Origin: Schizochytrium sp. TIO01
Lineage: Eukaryota > Protista > Bigyra: Labyrinthulomycetes
Direction: 5' to 3'
DNA length: 64,000 nt
Assembly: GCA_004764695.1 (NCBI GenBank)
Contig: SMSO01000032.1
Coordinates: 6,604,483 to 6,668,482, forward strand
The position numbers and the translations under genes are program-made. Below, piece after piece: positions 45,509-56,864 of this stretch (its first letter is position 1; each line of letters opens with the position of its first letter). The notes beneath the pieces were generated by a model, which had not been told where the DNA came from, did not search any database, and saw nothing but the letters and a program-made list of their open reading frames with translations.

Positions 45509-47147
45509 CTTGAATAATTGAATCCCTTTGTTTTATGCTGATACTGCTCTATTTCGCTATCTTTAGCTTTGTGAAGATTATCTGATCCATTGCAGGCAAG
45601 AACAACACCATACCTACTGTCAATTTTTGTTTGGAGCAATATAGCGAGATCGCAAAATTTCTTCTAGGCGTACAGGTAATCAATCACCTACGTAATGAAT
45701 TAAAACTGTCTGAAAGTCTCATTCATTTTGAACTTAATAAACGAATCGCTGATTCGACAAAGATTAAGCCTAGTCCTAATTTTGAACGTATATTACAGTA
45801 TAAATGAACCTTCTTTAACACAAAGCTCATTTTCTTGAAATCCTGTCTCTGCACTTTATTACGATGAGTGGTGAAGAAATGAAAGTTCCGAGGCTATTAA
45901 AATGTTTTGCAAAGATATTGTAGGTTAAAGACATATATTTTCAGTAATCCTCTGCTGTAGTAGGCAACAGATGTAGAGATATATGGACGTCGCCAGTATG
46001 ATCTTTTTAGTATCCTCAATTTCAGCAATACAAGAAGGAACGAAGTTACTCGTTTCAACCAGATTATACCAAGATAACAGAGCAAGTGGTCTCTCATCAA
46101 GCCGCTCAGCTGTACAAAGGAGAAATTTTAATTACCATCTCCCTTGCAAATAATGTTTCGCGAGGTTTGAAGGCGAGTCAACTTCTTGAGGATTCGTAAG
46201 AGAGAAGCAATTCAAACCATAGAGCAAGTGTGAGATCGAACAATGATGAGTAATCTATCGATGTCCCCAGCGGCGTTTTTAGTTTATTTATGCTATACCT
46301 TCCGGGAAAAGGGATTGTGACTCTTCGTATTCATTTCAAATTCATGTACACGTTTATTTTTATAAAGTGGACTTTAAATCTGCCTACCAAGAAAAGTTTG
46401 ATCCAACAGTAGTAGCGATTTCCTGTGTATATTACTGAACAGGCGGAAACTCGAGTCTGCATGTGCTTCGGTGTTTCATTTAGTCACTTAGATACTGTAT
46501 AAAAGAAGTAAGAAAGCAAACAATACATAATGATCTGGAGCATGAATAGTGTCGCGCTCCTGAAATCAAAACAAAACAAAAAACACTTTCACTGGTATTG
46601 ATATGTATGGCCCTAATCCAGAGCCCAACACCAAAATGGTGCGCATAGCTAAGCAGCAAACCAATGCACAAATAGAATGATTTACAACTGTGTCTTCTTT
46701 TTAGTTTTCGAACTATACAAAGAGAAGAAAAGCAAAAAACCGGAGAACAGAAGAAAAGAGTCTCAAAGCATAGCTCTATAGCTGTTCATGAAACATCAAC
46801 ACGGGTGGGTACATTGATTTTGGGTAACAATAATAACACAAACCTTCAAAGAGACACTCGAGATCTAAAAAATCACGCTTGATGCATAAACTAAATAAAA
46901 CCCTGGCACCTGCAGCAAAACTGTACAGAGATGTAGAAAGAAAGAGCAGCTCAACTTCATTTTGTGATCAGTCGATCAAGCAAGCAAGTGACGTACACGT
47001 GAAAACAAAAGCAAGGGATGAGGGAATTGAGTGAGTGTATTTATGGACTGAACGGAAGCGATGCAATTTTGATGTGTTAAGTGTTGAAGTAGATCAGCAG
47101 GCAAAGTGACACCGCCCTCAGTGGGGTGATTAAGCCGGGCAGGCTTT

Positions 47148-48545
47148 TTAGACGGACAGCCAGTAAGTTCTTCTGCGGAGCCAGTTGTAGTCCGGGAGCT
47201 CGTGCAAGGGACCAATGGCGGCCATGGCGACGTCCTGGTCGTTGATGAACTTGTTGGCGGTAGCTTTGACGGCAGCGGCGTCGACGGCGTCGATGCGTGC
47301 AAAGATCTCAGCGGGGCTGAGGCGGCGTCCGTAGGTGAGCATGCTGCGGCCAATGTCCTCGCAGACCTGGCTGCTGCCGTCAAGGTGGGCAAGCATGGTG
47401 GCCTTGAGCTGGGTGCGGGCGCGGGCGACCTCCTCCTCGGTGGTGCGGTGGCACAAGCGCACCATGCTCTCGAGAGTGTGGAACATAAGGTCGTTGAGCG
47501 AGGTGGGCTCGGCGACAGCGTACACACCGAAGAGACCAGTGTCCTTGTAGCAGGAGTTGAAGCTCATGATGGAGTGAGCAGCCTCGTTCTCGGCGATGGC
47601 CTGGCAGAGCTTGGAGCCGCCGTTGGCGCCGAGGCCGGAGGTGCGGGACCAGCAGCCGAGCATGGTCTGCATCACCATGAGGGGGTAGGCGTGCTCAGAG
47701 GCCCATCCTGCGCTCTCAAAGGCGAGGGCGACGTGTGCGAGCTGCTCGCTGTCCTGGCGGATGCGGATCTCGGATCCCACGAAGCGAGCGGGCTCCATGG
47801 CAGCGGCAACAGCGTTGGGGGACTCCTTGGGGAGGCCACCGAAGTACTTGTCACTGAGCTCGGCGAGCTGCTGGTGGTCGACGGCTCCGGCACCGGCCAC
47901 AACCATGCGGGGGGCGGAGTAGTGAGTCTCGATGTAGCTGCGAAGGTCATCGCGGGAGATAGACATGATGTTCTCGGTGGGTCCGAGGATGGTGCGTCCG
48001 AGGCCGGTGCCCATGAAGGCGGTCTCGTGAAGGCGGTCGAAGACGACCTCCTCCTGCTCCTTCTCGACCTCCTCCATCTCGCGGAGGATGACATCGCGTT
48101 CGCGGTCGATGGCTGCGGGGTCGAAGGTGGCGTTCTGAAGGATGTCGCTGAGGATCTCCATAGCCTTGGGGATGTCCTGCTTGAACACCTTGGCGTAGTA
48201 GACGGTCTGCTCACGCGAGGTGTAGGCGTTGAGGTGGCCACCCATGTTCTCGATCTCCATCTCGAGCTGAGTCTGAGTGCGGTTGGAGGTGCCCTTGAAG
48301 GCCATGTGCTCGAGGAAGTGCGCGACACCGTTGTTCTTCTCAGTCTCGTATCTGCTGCCGGCGTCGATCCACACGCCCACGGTGGCGGTCTCGCCGTGGC
48401 CGCCCTCGGAAGCCACACGGAGGCCGTTTCCGAGGGTGCTCACCTCAGTCGCGGGCGCCTTGAGGATGTACTCGGGGAACTTGCTGCTCGCGGCGGCGGC
48501 GGTCGCAAGGCCGCGGCGGCCACCCATGACTCCAGCGCGGATCAT
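47148..48545 (-). CDS. PMPCB: Mitochondrial processing peptidase beta subunit / complex III core 1 (peptidase M16B)
   Basis: Arg/Ala-rich presequence, zinc motif HFLEH, LNAYTSREQTVYYA, and C-terminal LPDYNWLRRRTYW; very strong codon bias. Confidence 0.97.
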   Translation of the reverse strand: MIRAGVMGGRRGLATAAAASSKFPEYILKAPATEVSTLGNGLRVASEGGHGETATVGVWIDAGSRYETEKNNGVAHFLEHMAFKGTSNRTQTQLEMEIENMGGHLNAYTSREQTVYYAKVFKQDIPKAMEILSDILQNATFDPAAIDRERDVILREMEEVEKEQEEVVFDRLHETAFMGTGLGRTILGPTENIMSISRDDLRSYIETHYSAPRMVVAGAGAVDHQQLAELSDKYFGGLPKESPNAVAAAMEPARFVGSEIRIRQDSEQLAHVALAFESAGWASEHAYPLMVMQTMLGCWSRTSGLGANGGSKLCQAIAENEAAHSIMSFNSCYKDTGLFGVYAVAEPTSLNDLMFHTLESMVRLCHRTTEEEVARARTQLKATMLAHLDGSSQVCEDIGRSMLTYGRRLSPAEIFARIDAVDAAAVKATANKFINDQDVAMAAIGPLHELPDYNWLRRRTYWLSV

Positions 48546-48824
48546 CTTGTTTGGCGGAGGCGCGAAGCGAGAAAGAACTAAAGGATGGGAGGGCGCTCGA
48601 GAGGCGCTGTGTCAACAGATCAAAAGGTCTGACGCGAACGGCGGCGGCGAGGGGACCCGAAGAGGCGCGACGACCTTCGGGGCGCGACACACTTGGCTTT
48701 GTTTGCCTTGCCTTTCTTCGCCTTCCTTTCTTTTGCCTTGTCTTTGACTTGATTTTGGGCGGCAACACGCCTAACACCCCACCTACCCTATTCCCTAACA
48801 CCCCAAGACAGCAGCAGCAATCGT

Positions 48825-48910
48825 CAATCACTCAATGAATCAATGAATCATTCATTCACTCACTCATTCACTCATTCACTCATTCACTCATTCACTCATT
48901 CATTCATTCT
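48825..48910. repeat. (ATTC/ACTC)n microsatellite
   Basis: Read directly. Confidence 0.9.
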
Positions 48911-49436
48911 ATTTATTCGCAACAAATTCTTTCTCTCTCTCTCTCTCTCTATTCATATGTATCTCTCCTCTCCGCATAGCCGCAGCGAACCATAGGCGCC
49001 GCTAGCGGACTCCTACTGCGGCAAACAACGAAGCAATAATAACAAACAGGAACACCTGCGAGCCTAGCACCTCATTAGCGATCCGCCTACCACCTCCCAG
49101 CACAGGAGGCACTCAACGAAAGCTAGTCAGGCAGTACTATGATAAGGAGTAGCTGGGCACTAGCGCCTCGATCGTAAAAGAAATCATAACATCGGAAAAC
49201 GAGAAGAAGAATGAAAGCAATGAATGAATCGATTGATTATATATAATTAATTGATTGATTATGTATTTATTTACTTAATTATGTATTTATTTATTTACTT
49301 GTTCATTTTATCTTTTTAAGTAATTGATTGATTGATTGATTAATTACTCCGCTGCGGATCGAGGATGTTTCGTGTGCTGACAGTCTTCGTTTGTTTCCCT
49401 GGCACTGCCCGCTCTCTCGCCGCTGTCTTCTGCGAG

Positions 49437-49492
49437 CCCCTCGAGCTCCGCTGTCCCCGCCCCCCCTCGAGCTCCGCTGTCCCCGCCCCCCC
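49437..49492. repeat. 26-bp tandem duplication, C-rich
   Basis: TCGAGCTCCGCTGTCCCCGCCCCCCC occurs at 49441 and 49467. Confidence 0.9.
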
Positions 49493-49565
49493 AAGCTCTC
49501 CCTCACCTCCAGCGCAGAAGGTCTACAACTACGAATCACACGAAAGCAGCTAGCTCGCTCATTCG

Positions 49566-49603
<38 letters not shown>

Positions 49604-52600
49604 TGCATGCATTCAATAGATAAAGAGATTACAGATTACAGAGCGACGATAACGAAGAGTTGGGTATTAAAGCACACGAGTCAAAGCGCATAACTCGAGC
49701 AAACCAAATAACAAACGAATGAACAAACCAAAGAACCCGACAAACTGCTTTCTCAGAGGTTGAATTGCCAATGTAGAAGCAAATGATAGATTGATAGATA
49801 GATGGATAAATGTATGTCACCTATTTTTGCAATATCACCCGTTCCAAAAGAAGCTAGTCAGAAAGAACGAAGGGTCTTTAAGCCAGGAAGAAAATGTTTT
49901 CGCAGCACCCGCAGACTAGAACGGCCTATTATAAACAGCTAGGAGTACCTGCTCGCATACAGATGCAGCACGAGTAGGAGCACTGGTACCGTAAAGCGTA
50001 GCGGCAGCAGTAGCATCAGCTCTATGCACGCTTAGGCTGTTCTTTCTGTGCTTCTGATGAAAACAGCCATAGTACGAAATTGGTATGTATTTATTTATCT
50101 GCGGCAAACAAACAGGCACATCAGAACTTCTGCTCGAAAGCTTCAGCGGAGCAGATTTCACTCATGAAGGAATGAATGAGCTCACGAAGATCCTCTTCTT
50201 CGTGGCGTTTATTTCGGTATCCTGTCAATTAATTAATCTACAAATCTGTTCATTCATTCATTCATTCACATTCACATTCGCATTCGCATTACTCATTTAT
50301 TTATTTGTTTACTTATTCATTTCGAAGTTCTTTATTTATTCTCTGCCTCAATCGTCGATCAATCTTCAATCTTATTAGTTAAAAGCCAAATTGCTTCTGC
50401 CCTTTTCTTTTCGCTTGATTTCTCGCTCTCAGTTCATGACACGACCTGAGACTTCGAAGAGACAGGGAGATCAGAGATCAGAGAAAGCAGATGCAGACAG
50501 CGTAGTCTGCGACGATGTCAATTAAAATGGTGTCAATGTTCTTCTGCGAAGAAGAATGACGAAAGCAGGAAAGAAAGAGCCTTGAGAAGAAGACCGAGAG
50601 AACTTCATATCTCATTCCACTACGGACCTTCGAGACGCGAGAGGCAAAAAGTCACACCCAGCCCCCTATAGGAGAAAACATTACACATACCACAGCGTTA
50701 ATGTGCAGCGTTTGGGGGCATAGTAGAACTAAAAAAAGCGCAGGAGACTCTAACCACCAGAGGTTAACAGCAGCAGCGGCGCAGCTAGCTACCCAGGTTA
50801 GGTTAGGTTAGGTTTGACAGAAGCGCCGAGCCACACCTAGGAGTTGACGGGATGCTTCAGTATTATTATGAGCAAGCTTAACCACCTCTCGGCGAAATCA
50901 TCTACTCGGCGAAATAGGGGTGTGCGGATAAAAGCAGAAGAGTTTGAGAGAGTGTTAAGGAAGTTCATAGTAGAAAAACTGACTCTGTTATTAGTATGGA
51001 ACAGTCGCTTTTTCTTTGCTTTTCTTCAATTGGAGAGTTAAAAAATATTTTATTTTACTTTTCTCAAAACTTACTCTTTTTACTTTAGTTATATATATAT
51101 ATTTTATTTTATTTTCTAAAGATATAGTAAAACATGGTATGAAAATGAAACGATGTAGAAGATGGCCTCTTCGTGGGAGAAACGAAACCGCATTTCCTTA
51201 TGCTTAGGTTGTGCCCTGTCACTCTCAAATTGAAAGGACTTATAAACTTCAGAGTCTATGTCTGCGATAGCCTATTGGACATACCTACTTATTGTTGCCA
51301 TGATTACCACATGATAGTTTTCAACATGTGTGATCATCATGATGGTTGGTTTCATATGATGGCAACATCAGCTGTAGGGGCGTTCAAGTTATGTGGGCGC
51401 TACAAAAGTTAAAAGGAGATCGTAGAAAAATGGTTTACCATTGTACGTCAAGGGGTCAGAGCGTGAGTCAAACTATAGAGCGCGCAGCGTATCCAACTAG
51501 GTCGATGCCGCAACTTGGAAACCAGGATATTTCTAATAAGTCGAACTCCAAGTTGAATGTCGATTTTTAGGGACTCCAGCAAAGATCACTATTCAAGGTG
51601 CTACGTAGAAGTCATAGCAGTGTACTAATGGTATTACAAATCACAATCGTCTCAAAGGCGATTCGGAAAGGAGGAAGATCCATCATCGTACTATCGCAGC
51701 ATATAGCTAGCAAATGGAATCACAAGGATCGAGAAAAGGCGCCGCCTCGAGGCTTCAGCTCTAGAGTTTGTGTCATAAATTGAAGTCGTGAGTGAAGTTA
51801 AGGCTAGCGTCCACCAAGAAATGCCAGACAGATACCTACCTACCATGGCTTGAGTGCGGTAGAAATATAGCGTGAAGCTCATTAAGGCAAGTCCACGATA
51901 GAATGAACGAAGACAGCAAATACTTAGCCCTGATTGTGAATGCAGATGCCAAATTCTATAATTCATTGATGAGTAACCAATCATTACACCTTACAGCTTT
52001 GCGCATCATCCAGCGAGACACCGCAACTTTAAAGGAGAATCACATCGCCTGATACAAATTGGGAAATAGAACGTTTCGAGACTTTTGCTACATCACATTC
52101 CTAAAGGATCAAAAAGCTGGCCAAGGTCGTTGCTCTTCAACATTTCCAATCGCTTCGTTCACATCAATCAACCAGTATACATTTTCCGGACCACTCCGCG
52201 AAGATGGATGATCCTGATTGATTATACCAATATATCCACCGCTGTTCTATTCCTTTTGCCCCTTTTGTTTAATATCAATATCTGTTTGCTTTCTGCTAAC
52301 TTACGCTACCGTTAGCCGAAGAAGGCCTCTCCATCTTCTCTTCGATGGATCATTGTGCCGTATTTTGCATTCTTTTGACGATGTTCGCATTTCAAGTTAG
52401 TATCTATGAAACATTGGTCAATGACACCAGATCCATGATTCACAATTTTATAATCTCGAACTTCAAGATGTGCCATTTTTAGTTGGTAGTCCTAGGTGCC
52501 TTGTAACATAGAAAGAAGAAAAAAAGAGAAATCATCATTTATCAGACAAAAGACAGGGCTGGCAAAAGACAGTCGATCAAACTGTCTTCAGACTCGGAGC

Positions 52601-52626
52601 CCTCCCTCTGATTGACTGCCTAGAGC

Positions 52627-55600
52627 ATGGAGCGCGGTAGCGTTGGTGGCGTCAATAGCGGCAACAGCGGCGATAGTGGCAACGGAGACCTCTCGTGGGC
52701 GCCACCCAGCTTTGCCAACGGCGGCACTCAGAGAGACCCATATCATGGAGCTGCAGTAGAAGCGGCAAACGAAAACGAGACGTCCGACGATCGAATCTGC
52801 AACCAACTCCAAAACATGCAGATGGATGGAATTGCAAATGATCTCGCGAATTATGACATCTCAGATCTAGACTATGACAAAAACAGCACGAGCAGCAACG
52901 CACATAACGGTGAAGCTGATGACACAAATGAGAGCTCCGAAGGTGAAGACGAAGACCATGAAAGCGAGGAGGCAGCGTGCGCCTACTGCGGAGTTACGGA
53001 GCCGCAAAGCCTCGTTCAATGTCTCTCCACAGGTAGCTGGTTTTGTAATGGCAGTGGACGCACTCCGGGAGCACATATTGTCCAACATTTGGTCCGTGCA
53101 TCGCCTACAAAGGCTATTGCCCTTGCACCTGCAAACCCTTTAGGAGAAACCGCCATTGAATGCTACCAGTGCAGTCTTGCCAATGTCTTTTGTCTCGGCT
53201 TTGTAGCTGCAAAGGGTGGTGAAGGCTACGTTGTGCTGCTCTGCAGAAGCTGCTCCACCAGTAGTAGCCTTAAGGCCGAGTGGAATGTCCAAAACTGGAC
53301 TCCGCTCGTTGTGGACAGAAGCTTGCTCAGCTGGTTAGTACCAGTGCCCACCGATGAGGAAAAGGTTAACTCGGTTACCACAGCACAGATCAACAAACTT
53401 GAAGATCTATGGAAGGCCAATCCCGGAGTTTCTCTGAATGCCACAACTGAAGAGGAAGAGGACGAACTTGAACCTGTGCAGCTCCGATACGAAGATGGAT
53501 ACCACTACAGATCCGTCTTTGCGGCACTTGTTGACCTCGAGGCCGAAAACGACCGTGAGCTCAAAAGCCAACTCAGCGAAACAGGCATCTCTATCCGTTG
53601 GAAGATCAGTGAAATCAGCCAGAGAGTTACGGCAACCTTCTCTTTCGGCGCACTCTTTTCAGAGACCATGCGTGTGACCATAGGTGACGAACTCAAGATT
53701 AGTTTGAACCCTGGAGCACGCAGAGCATGGGCCTGCAATGGCACAGTCGTCTCCGTTGACGAGGATGGCGAAATCGAATGCGAGCTGGCACGCAAAGATG
53801 AGGTCCCTCTCCATGTCACCCAAGGCTATGATATCTCATTTGTATGGAAGCCCATCACCTTTGAACGCATGTCAAGTGCTCTTAAGACGCTCGCTGTCGA
53901 GGACTCATCTCTTAGTGGATATCTCTTCCATAAACTGCTCGGACACGATGTTGAGGATCAAACCCTGAAGGTTGATCTACCGGTGCGTTATGGAGTAAAA
54001 GGTCTACCTGATCTTAACGACTCTCAGGTCTCCGCCATCCGCCAAGCACTCACCCGGCCTTTGGCGCTCATTCAAGGTCCCCCGGGTACTGGTAAGACCG
54101 TCACCTCGGCGACTTTGGTTTACCACATGGTAAAGCAAAACAAGGGCGCTCAGGTGCTCGTGACAGCCCCATCGAACGTTGCCGTGGACCAGCTCGCAGC
54201 CAAAATCCACCAAACCAACCTCAAGGTTGTTCGTTTGGCTGCCAAATCTCGCGAACACTTGGATTCATCCGTAGAGCATTTGTCCCTGCACTACGTTGTG
54301 CAGCACCTTGGAGGTGAGTCTTCTCTTGCTCTCAAGCGCTTGCTCAAAAAGCGTGAAGACTCAGGCAATCAGCTCTCAGCTTCTGATCAAAAGCGCCTCA
54401 TGTCCCTTCGAAAAAAGCTTGAGCGTGACGTCTTGCGTGCGGCTGACGTTATTTGTTGCACATGCTCTGGTGCTGGAGATCCACGCCTAACAAAATATAA
54501 ATTTCGCCACGTTCTTCTCGACGAGGCTACTCAAGCCACTGAACCAGAAAGTCTTATCCCTATTGTGCGCGGTTGCAAACAGTTTATTCTTGTTGGAGAT
54601 CACTGCCAGCTCGGCCCCGTCGTAGTGTGCAAGAAGGCAGCCAACGCTGGTCTCAACAGCTCACTCTTTGAGCGCCTCGTTACGCTCGGACTGCGCCCCC
54701 TACGCCTGACTGTCCAGTACCGTATGCACCCATGCTTGAGTGAGTTCCCATCGAACACATTTTATGAGGGGTCCCTTGAAAATGGTGTATCCGAGGCTGA
54801 CCGCACCCCAAGTAGCGTTAAGTTCCCGTGGCCACGTCCTGATAAGCCAATGATGTTCTTCTCTTGCATGGGCGCAGAGGAGCTCGCCAGCACTGGAACC
54901 TCTTACCTTAACAGGACCGAAGCGGCAAATTGTGAACGTGTAGTAACCGCGTTGCTGAATGGCGGTGCTGTCCCAGGTCAGATTGGCGTTGTCACACCAT
55001 ACGAGGGCCAACGTGCTTTTATCGTATCTGAGCTCCAACGTGGACCACTCCCAACGCAGACATACAAGGAAATCGAAGTTTCCTCTGTAGATGCTTTCCA
55101 GGGCCGCGAGAAAGATTTCATCATCCTTTCATGCGTGCGTTCCAATCAGAAGCAGGGTATTGGTTTTCTGAACGACCCGCGTCGTCTTAACGTTGCTCTT
55201 ACCCGTGCCAAGTATGGTCTCATCATTCTTGGTAATCCCCTTGTTCTAGCTCAGCGCGCTTTGTGGAATACTCTTCTTGTACACTTTCGCGACGAAGGTG
55301 TTCTTGTTGAAGGTTCATTAGCAAACCTCACGGTCTCCGCAATGAAATTTCCCAAGGCGAAGAAATATTACCGTGACCGTCGTCAGCGTATGTTTGATGA
55401 GAGTGCTACACGCGTCTTCTCAGGTGATGTAAATGATCCTTTTGGAGAGCGCGCAGCCCAAGAAAACACTGCTCCTACTTTAGATTCTCGACATGATCCG
55501 CGTTACGGAGGTGCACGCCATCAGTCTAAAACTAACTCTGCAGTCGCAGCCGCTGCCGCGTTGGCCGCTGCCTCCGCACCGAACCCTCCAGGTGGGGCAA

Positions 55601-55980
55601 ATGCCAGCAGCGAAGTATCCTCGGCTTTGAACGGGCCAGGACCAAGTACCTCGGTTCCTGCCACGCAATCTTCAGACCTTGGGGGCGGATTTGAGCAAGG
55701 CCCAGCAATTCCAATGCCGACTATCCCAACTCCAAGTGTACGTTACAAGGGATTTGGCGATTTCGATTATGTTGACCGTCCTCTTCATGCACCACAGCAG
55801 CACGACAGCTCAATTGATGAAGTGTTCCAACCTCAGCTTCCAATGACACAATTTGGTGGACCCAGCCAGTCGCAAACGCAAAACTTCAACAACCTTATGA
55901 CACAACAGCCTTTGTCTCAGCCTTTGTCCCAGTCTCAGTCTATGTACCAGTTTGAAGATGAGGATGAGGATGACGAATAA
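52627..55980 (+). CDS. UPF1: Regulator of nonsense transcripts 1 (SF1 RNA helicase)
   Basis: CH zinc domain (CAYCG...WFCNG...HIVQHLVR), helicase motifs LIQGPPGTGKT, DEATQATEPE, QYRMHP, SVDAFQGREKD and RRLNVALTRAK; SQ-rich tail. Confidence 0.97.
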   Translation: MERGSVGGVNSGNSGDSGNGDLSWAPPSFANGGTQRDPYHGAAVEAANENETSDDRICNQLQNMQMDGIANDLANYDISDLDYDKNSTSSNAHNGEADDTNESSEGEDEDHESEEAACAYCGVTEPQSLVQCLSTGSWFCNGSGRTPGAHIVQHLVRASPTKAIALAPANPLGETAIECYQCSLANVFCLGFVAAKGGEGYVVLLCRSCSTSSSLKAEWNVQNWTPLVVDRSLLSWLVPVPTDEEKVNSVTTAQINKLEDLWKANPGVSLNATTEEEEDELEPVQLRYEDGYHYRSVFAALVDLEAENDRELKSQLSETGISIRWKISEISQRVTATFSFGALFSETMRVTIGDELKISLNPGARRAWACNGTVVSVDEDGEIECELARKDEVPLHVTQGYDISFVWKPITFERMSSALKTLAVEDSSLSGYLFHKLLGHDVEDQTLKVDLPVRYGVKGLPDLNDSQVSAIRQALTRPLALIQGPPGTGKTVTSATLVYHMVKQNKGAQVLVTAPSNVAVDQLAAKIHQTNLKVVRLAAKSREHLDSSVEHLSLHYVVQHLGGESSLALKRLLKKREDSGNQLSASDQKRLMSLRKKLERDVLRAADVICCTCSGAGDPRLTKYKFRHVLLDEATQATEPESLIPIVRGCKQFILVGDHCQLGPVVVCKKAANAGLNSSLFERLVTLGLRPLRLTVQYRMHPCLSEFPSNTFYEGSLENGVSEADRTPSSVKFPWPRPDKPMMFFSCMGAEELASTGTSYLNRTEAANCERVVTALLNGGAVPGQIGVVTPYEGQRAFIVSELQRGPLPTQTYKEIEVSSVDAFQGREKDFIILSCVRSNQKQGIGFLNDPRRLNVALTRAKYGLIILGNPLVLAQRALWNTLLVHFRDEGVLVEGSLANLTVSAMKFPKAKKYYRDRRQRMFDESATRVFSGDVNDPFGERAAQENTAPTLDSRHDPRYGGARHQSKTNSAVAAAAALAAASAPNPPGGANASSEVSSALNGPGPSTSVPATQSSDLGGGFEQGPAIPMPTIPTPSVRYKGFGDFDYVDRPLHAPQQHDSSIDEVFQPQLPMTQFGGPSQSQTQNFNNLMTQQPLSQPLSQSQSMYQFEDEDEDDE

Positions 55981-56864
55981 AGTTCTGAGAACCATCATCC
56001 CTGGCTTCTTGCTGCACTTGCAAGTCTTCCTTATTAAAATGCAACGAAACAAACGCAATCTGTTCAAATTGCTATTATGCCCTTGCATATGCACTGTTAG
56101 TTTTGCACTAGGTGATCTTTATGTTTGTTTTGTAAAACTTCGTCTTCTTTAGATGTTAAAGACCCAAAATACAACAGATGCAAGGAGTTTGGGGAAACTA
56201 TACGGTTTTTTACCTAATTTAAGGCCATGAGTTGAAGATAGAATGTGCCAATGATCATGAGAATTCGCAAAATAGCCTGTTATTTCAACTGCTTCAATTT
56301 TTGTTTTGATCGTGAAAGCTGTTCATGAGTAGAGAGGTTTGCATGTGTTTTTCCCTTCTATAATAAACATAATCGACCCACCAGAAGCAGACAGTCGTTT
56401 GTATTGGTGTGGCTTGTTTTCATATCTAGCATGCCATGCCAATTTCCCTATAATTTAACAATGAGCTAAATATAAAGTAATTTTATGACCGGGTAACTGG
56501 TGTCCTTGGAAATATAGATTTAGAATCGCAGAAAAATTATAATCCCAGAGAAATTAAAAAAAAGAAGAATTGATACACAAAGAAGGGAATGTGAAAATCT
56601 TCAAGCTAGCTAGCCTTCCTGAATTACAAATTCAAGATTTTCTGCAAAGAACTCATGGTCATGTACACTCTCCAAAAATTTGAACTACTCAATAAATATA
56701 AGGTGATAAATAAATTGAGACAAATCAGGACTTAATATTTCTTTTTTGGTTTTAATTAGTTCATTAGTTGCGAATGTAAAATGTAAAAGTATTATGTATG
56801 CATGTTGTATGTGTATGAAAGTAAGGTAAAGTAAAGTAAAGTAAGTAACAGATGCTTCGCACAA

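Noticed and set aside
18116-48545. Functional gene cluster of membrane-targeting genes (PI4K, Get2, DNAJC11, MPP)
   Set aside because: Different organelles, mixed orientations and unrelated genes in between; no evidence of co-regulation.
47202-48581. 459-aa ORF antisense to MPP beta
   Set aside because: Shadow ORF expected from the strong codon bias of a highly expressed gene; it begins at GTG and has no motifs.
49001-49020. GCTAG-N4-CTCCTACTGCG shared with 61331-61350
   Set aside because: A single gapped 16-base match is near chance expectation in 64 kb with biased composition.
50795-50814. (AGGTT)4 telomere-like repeat
   Set aside because: Only four units in a microsatellite-rich genome.
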